A model generated the notes under the pieces. That model saw only the letters and a program-made list of their open reading frames with translations. It did not search any database and had not been told where the DNA came from. A stretch of 63,574 nucleotides of DNA, filler included, from Sphacelaria rigidula (lineage: Eukaryota): NCBI GenBank assembly GCA_964200075.2. It is 6 parts of 6 records of this genome, joined end to end, with 100 filler letters (N's around TTAATTAATTAA, not from the genome) between each part and the next. Parts side by side here need not be neighbours in the genome. Positions count along the whole stretch, not along the records: positions 31,840 to 42,352 come from CAXNAA020006361.1; positions 42,453 to 52,963 come from CAXNAA020006362.1; 4 more parts are not named here. One strand, 5' to 3'. The translations under genes and the position numbers were made by a program. Positions 38,160 to 50,362 of this stretch are shown here, in pieces. Numbering within the stretch: the first letter of the stretch is position 1; each line of letters opens with the position of its first letter.

Positions 38160-38710
38160 TATCGCGTCTGCCGTCTCCTTAGGAACTTCCGAAGATCTTC
38201 AGTATTTTCTATGAGAGTAACTTGGACTGATATTTGACTCTCGCGTGGTGTCCGTTCTAGTTGTTTTTTCCCCTTCTTTCGTTATTTCCTTCTCTTTCCT
38301 TGTTCCCTTTCCTTTCCTTTCCTTCCCTTTCCTTTCCTCCCTTTTCCCGTTTTTTAATTTTTCCTTCTATTCTCCATTTTTTTCTTTCTGTTTCCGGTGT
38401 CGACTTATTAGTAGATTCGATGTGTTTGTTCCACCATACCCCGATCGACTCGGGGGAAGCCTTTTTTCGTTTGTTTTGTTGACGTCGCTCTTGTCTTCTT
38501 TTGTACTCCGGCGTATTATTTTGCTTTATTATCGGAGCCTCAGAAGAAGCAATGAGCGCCTTATCTCATGTAAGGAATACCGGTGTCGATACTGGAAAGG
38601 TGAGCCATGTCCGCGACCACGGGTTGGAGAGATCGGGCTCATGTGCGGGAATGATTATTGTAATATAAAAAATATCAACAACAACTAATAATAAAAAAAC
38701 AAAATAATAG
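38160..38710 (+). mobile_element. Probable LINE 3' UTR remnant (pyrimidine tract, GACCACGG motif, A-rich tail)
   Basis: Long T/C tract at 38265-38395. GACCACGG also ends a similar tract at about 9420. A-rich (AAC/AAT) tail at 38665-38710. Confidence 0.5.
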
Positions 38711-40399
38711 TGATGAGTTCGTCTGTGCGGTGGAACAAGGTCCAAGAAATGAAGAGCAACATGTCTCAGCGAATCAAAACATGGATTGTGGAGAAGCAGA
38801 TATTTTCAGGCACCGAGTTTGGACTTTTTGATCGCGTCACTCTTCGATCAGAACGGTCCACTGAACACAGAAGCGGCCCATGAGTGTGACAAGAACGCTC
38901 GTGATGAATAATCCTTTTGGTAGTTTGCAACTTGGAAAACCTGGCACTCATGCCAGGGCTTCACCAGTATTACATATAATCCAGTATTGGCCTAAACAAA
39001 AGTTCCTGTTTCGAAAAACATTGTTGCGCAACGCACGCTGTCAGGCGGCAGCCTAGGATGTGAAATCATCCAGAAAATACCGTTGCCTGCCTCAGGATCG
39101 TGGTGGATGACACTAGGAAACAGTCAGCCCAGTTCTCAATTATGATTTTATTCCAATTTTCACATTGGTTGTTGTCTCAGGCCATTACAGATTCGGCATT
39201 GGACTTCTGTGACAGAAAACTATCTCGTTTTTTTTTCAGAATACTTGTAAAAAACAAGCAGAACTCTTCGAAAAACTGCCCAAAACGCGACCCCATTATG
39301 TGGAGTACAGGTTACTACGCTGAACACAACACAATTCTGCAATGTTTTTCAAAACCTGAACACGGACTGTATACAGTATGCATCAGCTGCTTGCTCTTGT
39401 TGCAAAGCTAGTAGTGTCCAGCTGCTGCTACTGTAGTACTACGGAAGCACACGCCCTCGAGGTGCCACCCCACGTTTACCGCCATTGCGAACATAACAAG
39501 ACAAAAGCACGAACTGCAGCAGTCGTGGCCGCCACACATCAACGTTACTGCAGTGAAACGTGTGCCTGAACCGACACCACCACACTTTTGGCGTTTCTTC
39601 TTGGTGGCGTAAACTTGGGCATCTAATTTTGCGGCAGGTTCCACCGACTGAGCTGAGAGTTGGGGTGGGCTCTTACTCTTACGGAAGACGAAACAGCCAA
39701 TACACCCATGAAATTTCCAACAGTGTGCAGCAAGCACTACGTGCAGACTAACATTGCTTTCTGCAGAAACGAACACAACGACAATGTCGCCGCTCGCATA
39801 CAATCCAACCCGTCTTCGTACTGCCTAAACACATCACAACAGAACAGGCAGTTGAAGCTTCAACATATGAGAAGGGCTTAAGTGCGTTTGCTGCGGTACA
39901 GTAGTAGTGAAACAGGGCATGCCCAATGTTTCGGTCCTCCATCTGATTTTGGAGAGGTCCTCAAATTTGGGCCACTGCCGAGTTTGAACGCTCGGGCACA
40001 TTCCGGCTTCATTCAATTCACTTTGGGTTACCCTTATCTCTTTTTGGGAAGTTTGGCTTGTGATATGGGCTGCGCCCGCAAATTCGATCAAGCAGATTCT
40101 GTCCTGGTAAAGCTTCAGTTTGCCCACGTTCTGAGGCAACCCTTGGACAACGAAAGTACGTCATGTATGTGTTGAATCGGCATCATCTTCGCTTGAAAAA
40201 AGGTGGCAAAGTCCAGACGGACTGCGTTCGCTGCCTGAGGGTACATGTATAGATCACTTCTGAATCGGCATCAAGGTCACTTGAAAAAAGTATGTACCTT
40301 CGAGATGGGCTGCAAACATCGTGGTCCAAGGGTTCCCCGACCTTGGTTTACAAATGTTCATGGTTGACACATTCTACAAGTATCCCTACCCCTTACCCT

Positions 40400-40985
40400 A
40401 ACCCCAACCCAACGCATGCCGAGAACCCTCGGGCAAGGGCAGTGCATAGCATTCCCTAGACAAAGTACGGCCTTAGTAAACCCCTAACGCATATCGAGAA
40501 CCCTCGGGCAATGAGGGCGGTACATACATTCCTCAGGCAAAGGACGGCCTTGGTGGGCCCCAAATCGGTGCCTGTGGCGCCGAGTTGAACTAAATGCGTT
40601 CTGTGCAAGCGAACACGGCACTGTAAGCCCTACTAAAGATCTGATTCTGATCGCACATACGTTCCATTAGGCATAGTGTGTGTTGGAAGATGACCTGAAA
40701 TCGACGCCGCAGGCGCCGATTTCGACAAAAACACGTTCTGGACGACCAACTAACGCCAATCCAAGCGGGCGAGACCCTCGGACAAGGGGGGTACATGCAT
40801 TCCGCTAGGCAAATTGTTCCTTGGCAGACCTGAAATCAATGCCGCAGGCGCCGATTTCGACAAAAATACGTTCTGGACGAGTAGCCAACCTCGACCAAGC
40901 GGACGATATCCTCGGGCAAGGAGGGTACATACGTTCCCCTAGGCATAGTGTGCGTTGACAAAAACACGTTCTAGACGAGCTGGGT
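40400..40985. repeat. Degenerate tandem repeat (core unit about 135 bp) with ACCCTCGGGCAAG and GCCGCAGGCGCCGATTTCGACAAAAA motifs
   Basis: About 40692-40826 is repeated at about 40827-40960; shorter related units lie at 40420-40590. Confidence 0.75.
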
Positions 40986-42352
40986 CCACTGCTCACCTGC
41001 CCCAAATCATACACTTTCTAAGAACTTTCTCAAATCTAAAATCAAGTAGTCATGTTGTCAACCATAGATGTATGACCAAAGCTCTAGGTCTACTGCTTTT
41101 CACTTGAAAGTGAACGATGAACAGATGGTGGCGGCGATGTGATGCAGCAGGGATGTGCATGTCATGTGTTGAGAGCTTGCGCGACGGGATGGCGTGGCTC
41201 ACATTCATTTTTCAAGTGAACATAATGCAGGAATTCATTTTGAGATGACTCTACTGGTTTCCGGAGATATCCTTGGATCGGTTCCGGGATGGGAAGAGCC
41301 AAATATCATACCAGGATACCCGGACGCTGAGTTTGAGATACCTCTAATAACAGGTGGGGGTGGATTCATGTTTCCACCGTTGGCGGTGGATATACTTTTT
41401 GCCTGCGCAAACACCGTAGGGCGATGCAATGCAGCAGGGATGTGCGTGCTGGACGCTGCCTTATTACATAGCATTTATTTCCAGTACGAGTACAACAGTG
41501 CGGATCAATTGTTTCCCCCTGTATGCTTCTTTGCTTTTGACCAAACTTGCATTTTCAATTACAAACGGTCAAGTCAAGAGTCTGCCGAGAGAAAAAATTC
41601 GGACACGGAGGCCCGCCCCCGCCCCCCTCCCGGAGGACAATTTTTCGGAAATTGTCGTGATTTTCGAGATTTGTTTTTTGTGAACTTTTTGCGATTTTTC
41701 TGTAATTTTTGTTGAAAGAAGTTGATAAAAAGACATTAACAAAACCAAAAATTCTGGCGGGCTGCGCGAGGTTCGTATATTTGCTCCTGCTCCATGCCCA
41801 CCCTGTCCCGATGACCTCGGATGCCAGCAACGCTCACGCACACCTACGTACAATACACAAGCGCACGGTAGCGACAGCCTGTAGCCAAAGTAGCAACATT
41901 ATCTCACGCCTCGCCAAATTTGCCCGGACTACTAGCGGTAGATAGTCGAGGCAAACCACACGGAACATGATCCCATAAATGTAATCATGGTATGTGATGA
42001 GCTTGGAGGGGCGGTGTGCCCGTTATCTCAGCGGGCTCCATGCCAAGGATCTCTGTACACGGCAGCTGACCGCATCCGCCAACGCCTCGGTATTCAACTA
42101 GGGGACAGCAGGCTGGGTGTCCCCCCCTGCCCCCCTCAACAACTCGAATTTTCGATCTTGGGGCCCGCGTGTCCCGAAATATATATTTGACAAACCCTTA
42201 GGTGAATTATGAAAAAAAATGGCACGTTCTCCCCTGTTTTTGATAACTTGACCGTTTGTTATTGAAAATGAATTTTTGGCAAGAACGAAAATGTGACCTA
42301 CGGAAAATGCAAAGGTGCTCTAGAACGGTCTCAGCGAGTAGAGCAAGTCATT

Positions 42353-42452
42353 NNNNNNNNNNNNNNNNNNNNNNNNNNNNNNNNNNNNNNNNNNNNTTAA
42401 TTAATTAANNNNNNNNNNNNNNNNNNNNNNNNNNNNNNNNNNNNNNNNNNNN
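42353..42452. other. Artificial scaffold linker
   Basis: N44-TTAATTAATTAA-N44. Confidence 0.97.
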
Positions 42453-43043
42453 GTCTAGTTGGTTGTCTCTTAAACCGTCACACCTCGCATTCTAAGGGTC
42501 AAGTGCTGACGCGTACTGTAGCTCAGTCACTGTCCTCGTGCTGCCAGTTGAAATATTCGGAGCATTTCTGTCCAGATTTTTAGAGGTATTCGGACTCACG
42601 CCCAGTTCGAGAAACACCGATGTGGGAAATAAATTTGTGTTCTCCATTGGACCCAAACAACTGGTCTTCAGGGCCTGTATCAACTAAGCAAGAAAAGTAA
42701 GAACGTGCCGCAAGGGTGAGAATGATTCTGTTTTCTATTTCTCTTGTTCTTCCAATTAGTTGGCCATCAATTCTCAACCCATCGAAAGGAGGGGGGGGGG
42801 GGGGGGCATTCTTTGTTTCTTTTCTTTAGGCATTTAACCTTTGTCCCGGCATCCCCTTCAGGACGGGGCCACAAAAGGNNNNNNNNNNTCATTCGTTGCT
42901 TGCCTTAGTCATTTGACCATTGACCACGCATCCCTTTCGAGACGGAGCATCAAAAGGAGAGGGAAAAAGCCACGAAAACCGCCAGAATCATCATCATTCT
43001 CACGGCGCGTTTTCACTGTTGTTGTCTCGTTAAAAACGAGCCC

Positions 43044-43292
43044 CGTGACGAATTAAGGCCGTTACGTTGAGTTGGTAGTGATGATCTGGATAATCACCGT
43101 TGGTAGTGATGATCTGGATAATGAGCGGGGAGGCTAGGTTGATACCGTGGCGTGTCTAGGAGGCTGTGCCTACGCGGGCATTCCTGAAAAATGAGAATGT
43201 TGTAAAGGCTGACAACTGAAACTGAGGCCAGTAAGACTGGGGAGTCCCTCAGCAGCAGTTCTCCAACAGTGGTTCCACTGGGTGGCTTCACA
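43044..43292 (+). repeat. 5' LTR (about 249 bp)
   Basis: (C/T)GTGACGAA...TCACA; aligns with 47151-47398 with numerous substitutions. Internal tandem TAGTGATGATCTGGATAAT. Confidence 0.88.
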
Positions 43293-46200
43293 ATATCGAT
43301 ATTAGTGCTAGTGCTAGTGTTAGTGCTAGAAACCTGCTGGAAATGATTTCGGTAGGAGTCTGGTAGCTGTGGAAACCTGATACACTACGGACGCGTGGAG
43401 AGGGTTCCAGCTGGGGCAGCTGCAGAAAGGCGGCTGGCCTGTGATTGATCCAGACTGGAGACTTGCTGAAGCTGCGTGCAGAGCGGGAGTTTGGAGGTTC
43501 CTACCACTGTGTGGTGCGGCGACAAAGCAAGGAAAATGCAATTCGCGAAGATCCGCTGGCCTGCAGAGGTTCGCAGGTAGCTGGTTACAGCTGCAGCTAT
43601 GGCGGCACCCGTGGTCATGCGGGAAGAGTTGCGACATCCCCATTATGGGGATAGGTACTTAGCGAGTGCATCTCGTACTTTTATTACGAAGTACATTGAG
43701 TGCAAGAAGCGCGTGAAGCACGCTAACGCAGGGGGTGCTATGCGGCATGAGGTGGTGCCAATGGCTCAACAAGTGCCAACTTATGTGCAGAGAGTGTTTC
43801 CTCATTTGGAGCATAAAACGATCACAATCACCCCGCCGCAATTGGTTGCGGCGATCGAAAAGCGTGCTGGGCATGCGGCGGGCACTTGCCACCGTTGTGG
43901 CCAGATCGGCCATTACGCGTGCGATTGCCCAACGTCTTCCGGTGGAAAGTCTGGGCAATCTCATGCCGCGCGCCATCAGCATCGTCAGCACAAGGGCAAA
44001 AGGCGAGGTACATGTGGTGTCGGCGGCGGATACTCCGGCGGTGGAGGGCCGCAGTCGAGTCCTCGGCAGCAACAGCAGAGGCAGCGGCGTCAGGAAGTGC
44101 CTGGTTATGGATCCGGCGCCGCCGTAGGTGCTGATGCTTCGCAACGGGCGGTGCAGGTGGAACCGACTTCTACAGTGTCGAACACTGCGCCGACGCCGGT
44201 TGTGGCGCCGGTGGTGCGACGCCTGCTGACGCGGTGGTCGGAGGTTCGCCAAATTCTTGGTCTGTTAGCTGGGGATCATACCCGTCGGCGGTGCCGTTTA
44301 AACCTGCTGGGGCGTCTTCGCCTGCTGCGCAGCCGTGGCGTCAAGTGGTATTAGCGGCGCATCGGTCGGCGAATAAAGGGCCAGTGGAGTCTGCACACAC
44401 CTACGTTCCTGCGGAGCTGTGTCTCCCAAATCAGCGGGAGCGTGAAGCCATTGCGGTTCAGGCTAAGTGGGATTCTGGCGCCCACTTAACGGGTCATGTG
44501 AGTCTGTCAGTACAGATTGTAGAGATGTTGGAGCGTCAACTCCCGGGTGTGCCGCTGCGCATTCCGTTTTCGCTCGGGGCGTGGCAGGCCGTCACCGCGT
44601 CGTGTCAGCATTTTTACGCCACAGAGCGTACTGTTCCGCTGCAGCTGACTTTCACGACTTCTAGGAGGCCGGCGCAGTCGCCTCCGATCTCGTTTGCGGT
44701 CATGCTGGGGTCGGATGGCGTTATTCTTCTGGGGTTGCTGATGGTTCAGGATATTGGAGTCAACGATCGGTGGTTGTGGGATTCCATGAAGATTGGTCCA
44801 CGCTTGGAGACGCCCGTCCTTTTGGGCAGTCGCCGCGTAAGTTTGTGGTGGATACTTTTCAGGAGGCTGGAGGGCAGGTGACCGAAGAGCGGGATGCGGC
44901 TGTGGAACGCTTAGTAGAGCGCGGCCCGGATATGATAATGATTTCGGCGGAAGAGGAGTCTGCTCAGAAGGTCGCACTGAAGGAGAGTGTGACGGATGCT
45001 GGGGCGACAGGCCTCGGGGTCTCAAAAGCGGAGCGCCTGCGCGGCATATTGCACTGCCGCGTCAACGCGTTTCGTCTTGCGCTGCGGCGTGATCCCTCTG
45101 CGCGAGTGGAGCCCATACGTGTTCAGCTAAAACGTGGGGCGTCCGCGGCGAAGATAAAGTCGCGGCGGTACGATCCAGTGAAGTCGAGCTGGTTGGCGTC
45201 GTGCATGGGGGCTCTTTTGGCGCTCGGGTTGGTGTTACGGAATTTGCAGGCGGGGTGGTCCAGTCCAGATATGGCGCTTCCGAAGAAGGCTGCATCGTGG
45301 ACTGAGGGCAGGCTGCAGGCGTGGGCGCCAGCGAAGGATCTGGTGGCTCATGCCATGACGCTGTTCCATCCTCATCCTGATTGTCAGGTGTCAATGTTTC
45401 CGGATGCATTTGAGTGTCATTGGGGTAGTTTGGTCATGCAGGTGCCTACAGTTGAAATTGAAATGCCTGTGCACGCTGTGGCTGTGTATGCTCCGGGTGA
45501 ACCTGATGACTCGATGCTGTCCAAATCGGTAGCCCGCCAAGCGCAACGAAAAGGCCTTGGGGCCGAAGATGCAGACGTGCAATCTTTCGAGTCGGACGTT
45601 GGTCATGCTATATTGGACAATGACTGTCTGTTTCGTGCGCATGTGCGTGGCCGAAACGTTTTTGTGGATTTCGAGTTGTGACAAGCAGATGCAGGTACGC
45701 CTGATGATTTGTGCGCACATGCGCGACGCCAGGCATCGCGGTGCGGCTGCGACGCTCGTGCGCTTGCAAGAGTTTTGTGTCTGGCAGGGGATAGAAACTC
45801 ATGTGCGCGAATTTGTCCGCCAGTGTCTTCACTGTGCTGACTCGAGGGCGAGCGATGTTGTTCCCCGCCCGCTCGGCGAAACGGTCCATGGGATCACGCC
45901 GAATGAAATCGTTTATTTTAACTTCTTGTACGTGGGCGAGAGTGGCCCGCGAGCTTCCGTAGATTCGTCGGAGGATGCTGAGTTTCGATACATTTTGGTA
46001 ATCATGGATGATTTGAGCAACTTTGTGGCTCTAGAACCAGTAGCAGTGTGTACCGCTGAATCGACCGCTGCATCTTTGCTGAATTGGTGCAAACCTTTGG
46101 GGGTGCTGCGTGGGTGGGTGAGTGATATCGCCACGCATTTCAAGAACGCGATATTTGCCCGATTGCGAGAGGCTTTGTGCGTTGATCACCAGTTTGCGGT

Positions 46201-47150
46201 AGCGTATTCTCCGTGGTCTAACGGTACGTGCGAACGCATGGTCAAGGAGCGGAAGTAGTTCGTACTCTTCACTCTACTCTTCTCGAGCAGCGGAGAGCGG
46301 TTTCCGAGTGGTTGAACGTGTTGCCGGCGGCGCAATGAGCGCTTAATACAGCGTATCGTCGTCGTTACGATAGTACGTCGTGCCACGTGATGTTTGGTCG
46401 TGCCCTTCGGACGCCTTTCTCGGGGCTCGCGTCTTCGTCGGCGGGGAAATGGAAGTGTGATGTTTTGGACGATGTTCAAATTAAGAGTGCATTGCAAGGA
46501 GTCTTGGGCTTGCAAGAACGTTTCCACCTTCAAGTGCAGGAGCGTGTTACCGCTGAACGTGCGTGTAGACGTGAGGGGTCCTCGTCGGGGCTGGAATTGC
46601 CGAATTTCGAGGTAGGCGACTATGTCTTGTATGCACGCATGCGTCGTCCGGGTGTTATGCCCAAGTTGATGGCGACATGGACTAGTCCATGGAAAGTGGT
46701 TGGTGCTCACCACCCGCACGTGTTTGAGATTCACAACATTGCTTCGGGTCGTGTTCAGACCGCTCATGTAGCTTGTCTGCCTTTTTATGCAGACTCGCAG
46801 CTTAATGATACGGCTGACGTTAAGGACGTGTTCCAGCATGCTTTCAATCAGGGGCAGTTTCAGATGGCTGGTATTGTCCGAGTGGCGGAAGCAGACGATC
46901 GTTCGTTGATCGTGTTGGTCGACTGGGTTGGTTTCGAAGTTGAGGAGCGTACGTGGGAGCCTTTCAAGGATATTTTTGAGGCCGCTCCGGAATTTCGTAC
47001 GAAGGAGTTGCGTAAATTGCGCGTGATTCGTGCCGTTGCTGCTCGCATTACGTGTGAGTTTGGTATTCAATTGTGACTTCTTCATCGTTTTGGCGTTCTC
47101 TATGTGTCAAGCTTGTTGATCGATTTTCGTCCAACGCGCTTTGGGGGTGC

Positions 47151-47398
47151 TGTGACGAAAATACGCCGTTACGTTGAGTTGGTAATGATGATCTGGATAA
47201 TAACCGTTAGTAGTGATGATCTGGATAATGACCGGGGACACTAGGATGATACCCTGGGGTGTCTAGGTGGGTGCCTTGGAAGGTCACTCCTGAATAATGA
47301 GAATGTTGTAAAGACTGACAACTGAAATTGAGGCTAGTAAGACTGGGGAATTCCTCAACAGCAGTGATTCAGCAGTGCTTCCACTGGCTGGCGTCACA
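47151..47398 (+). repeat. 3' LTR (248 bp)
   Basis: TGTGACG...CGTCACA terminal IR, preceded by a short G-rich tract TTTGGGGGTGC. Confidence 0.9.
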
Positions 47399-48109
47399 GC
47401 CGTTATGGGCTAAAACCACCGTCCAAAGTGAACATATGCGCTCCGACCAAGAAATGGCGTCGGGGCGGATACACGGAGTTCAAGCACATGGACGGATGGA
47501 GATCCGTGGACTTCGAAGATTGGCGGTTCTGGCGGATATCAGATTTTTTCTCCGAATTCGCCGCCGTCGGATATCTTGCTGGCGGATTTGGCCGATTTTG
47601 TGACAAATAATCAATGCTGCGTGCTGTAGACGGTTCAGCCTGTTTACGAAGAATTCTCCGTATCCGGCGCGATTCCTTACCGTGTGCATGAATGCTTGCC
47701 CTTACGCCATGCGACTCTGTGAGTTTACCCCGAGCATCGCGGTGTGGCTTACCAATACAACTAATGACCGAATAGCCGACGAAAAGCATATACTGAACCC
47801 ACTCAAGATGATGTGATCACCCCACCGGCTGCTAAATGATGGTTTTGGCGTATTTTGTAAAAAAAATCGATCGAGGAAGTACGAGGAAAAATTACGGTTG
47901 TAGTTGATGCGTCCCATGTCATTTATGCCCTCAGATGGCTTCAAGACCTGTTTGGAATTATTCGTGCGCGACCGGAGAGGTGTGGAATGGAAAAGTAGCT
48001 TTTTCGATCGAAAAAATTGGGCCGAGAAGAACGAAGGGGCACTTGATTTCTATCGTGCAGATTACGCCACATACCACCCGCGCACTGAACCATGCTAACC
48101 CCACCCAAT

Positions 48110-49600
48110 TAATCCTCAGCTACCACCGCAACCCTGCAGCATAGAGCACAAGTTGAGAGTAGAGAAGAAAGAGACTGCGGAAGTGAAGCCCAAAGGGTTC
48201 AGAGCAGCAGGGCAGGAACAAACACCAGGGGGCAACGCGAAACCACCGGCCAAGGACATCATCAACAACCGATAGGGGCAGACTGGATTCTCCGCGTGGC
48301 GTCTCTCGATGCAGCAGCCTCTCGTTTGTGACGGCGGTCCGATTCTCGTTTGTCTTTGCCTCGCCGGGTGTGCACTCACTATCCCGCTCCTTTTTCGACT
48401 CCAAGATGCCATTTGCTCATGTTCTTCGCCGCCGTTACCCACTCGTATGCACCGTTAACCTCTACACCGTAGACGAACCACTTCCGTCGCGCTCCTTTTT
48501 TCGGAACAGTCCCTAGTGCACATACTGAAGGTTCTCCCGGAGATTTTTCTCCCATCATCGTTTGGGGGGCGACCAGCCTCCATTAGCCCTCGTGCGATTA
48601 ACCGTCCGTTCATGATGCATTTGTGAAAGCATGTTTTTTTCTTCCGGACAATGGCTGCCGCGAACCAGAGTTGACGTTTGCGAATAGTCGTCTTGATACG
48701 TTCGCAGTTGGTCATCTCGAGCACTCCTCTCTACGAAAGAGTTATGTAACCATTTCGATCTTTCCTGCAGAGTGCAATCACTCGCAGCAAAAGCTTGTGA
48801 CGGCAGTGCGTAGACTGTCGAAGTCCTGAGAACGAACGTTCATGTTGCTCATCCGTACAACAGACCTTCCACCACTTCCGCTTTTAGCAGCCGAACTTCC
48901 AAGGACAGCTGGGCGTTGAGTCGATCGTAGGGCTGGAAACTATATTTAACACGGGATCTTACAAATTGGGGACGGATCTTTTATTGAAGATGAGAAACCC
49001 GGAGAATCAAAATCTTCATATCCACACCAAATCCTCGAAACATGGTTCCATTTCTTCACCTACGGATAGCTATTGACATCTACTACACGTCATACAGATG
49101 TGGATCTCGATAACCGAAATATTGGAGTCCTAGGTGGAAAACCAATTTTGGGGAATTGTGGGTGTCCGTCCGGACGCCAAAATGGTTCCGCGATTGGTTT
49201 TTCACTTAAGGCCGCAACATTTCGACGATCGCAATCCAAATTTCTATGACGTGTGGCAGTTGTCAATAGCCATCAGTGGGTGAAGAAATGGAACCATGTT
49301 TCGACGATTTGATCTGGATACGAACATTTTAATTCCCCGGGTTTTTCATCCCCACTAAAAGACCCATACCCAAGTTGTAAGATCCCGTGTTATTATCGGA
49401 GATGTGTCCGTGCTGCGCTGATGCGGAGGTCGGTTTCGATGGAAATTTTCGCATCCGCACTGCCAGCACCACCAAGGTAGACGAAGTTGGCCTCCTGCTT
49501 ATACCGTTGAGCGGCTACCTTCATGTGGAGGGCAGCCTCCGTGGAAGTGGATACTGACAACAGGCGCATGGACGGTATACCCAATCGAAAAGTGAATTTT
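48110..49600 (-). mobile_element. Decayed 3' part of an RTE LINE, interrupted by a MITE; boundaries approximate
   Basis: Minus strand reads VAAQRYKQEANFVYLGG...ISIETDLRISAA, then after the MITE YSFQPYDRLNAQLSLEVRLLKAEVVEGLLYG, TTIRKRQLWFAAAIVR and AGRPP. Confidence 0.85.
48949..49390. mobile_element. Foldback MITE with TA TSD (Tc1/mariner/pogo-type signature)
   Basis: TA|ACACGGGATCTTACAA ... TTGTAAGATCCCGTGT|TA with long palindromic arms; homologous to 30364-30807. Confidence 0.92.
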
Positions 49601-50362
49601 CGATCTCTCCTGGTCTTGAGCAAGTACTACGCAGTTGGACGACCTCGTTAGGTTCATGCACTGCTGCCGGTGATGCTGCACTCTCGGTACCGCTACGTAC
49701 TGTTCGGACACGCAAACGTCTTTGTCTGCCCTGTCTCGGTGCTTTCAAGGCATGGAGGTGATTTTCCCCCCAGTTCGTGATAGTTTCGACTGTACAGTGC
49801 TGTGCAGTAAGCCAACAACGGTACAGCGTACGTCATGAAAAGGGGGCAGGGGGGATCAGGGTGTACGCATCATGTTGCATGCCGTAATAATAAAGCCGTT
49901 GATCTCGCATCCCTACAAAACCGGAACCAAGCACGCTGGGATTTCGCCAGACAAGGCTCGAAATCAATCACCAAGCGCTAAGCACTGTGATGTGTTCGGC
50001 GATTCGCATGAAAGGTGAGCTGTATTCTGCTGAGACTGTCCGGCCCGAGGCGTACTGATGATCTTGCATATTGATGACAGTCTACAATGAGTTGCTTCAT
50101 TTTCTAGTATCGCCACTTCCAGAGACAGCCACGGGGTACACACTGCCTCATGGGCAGGGACGTGAGGTTTTTCCGCTGGGAGCGAAAGTTCCATCGGTAA
50201 CACTATCACGGGCATTCCTTTAAGTCGCTGTAGCACATGTCGAGCACTTCGAGCACGTACCTGCACGAGTGGTCGCTGACAGCCCAAACTCACCTGCACT
50301 ATCACGATCACTTGAGTTGCAGCGGCACATCTCGAGCGAACGATGACAATTTTCGCTGACAG

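Larger units (their letters stand above)
43044..47398 (+). mobile_element. Ty3/Gypsy chromodomain LTR retrotransposon, internally deleted (most of RT missing), both LTRs present
   Basis: Gag knuckle CHRCGQIGHYACDC, protease WDSGA, RT start (WSSPDMALPKK) fused directly to the post-RT connection, RNase H start FPDA..HWG, integrase H..HRG..CLHC and ILVIMDD..WVSD..THF..NGTCER, and chromodomain VDWVGFEVEERTWEP. Multiple frameshifts and stops. Confidence 0.93.

Noticed and set aside
40384..40412. Telomere-like CCCTAACCC
   Set aside because: Only one or two degenerate units, inside a dispersed repeat.
46186..47085. Long antisense ORFs over the Gypsy and LINE (also 22695-23507) and over the helicase
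   Set aside because: These are shadow frames of the coding sequence on the opposite strand.
43040..47402. Target-site duplication for the Gypsy element
   Set aside because: The flanks GCCC and GCCG match at only 3 of 4 positions, so no TSD is claimed.
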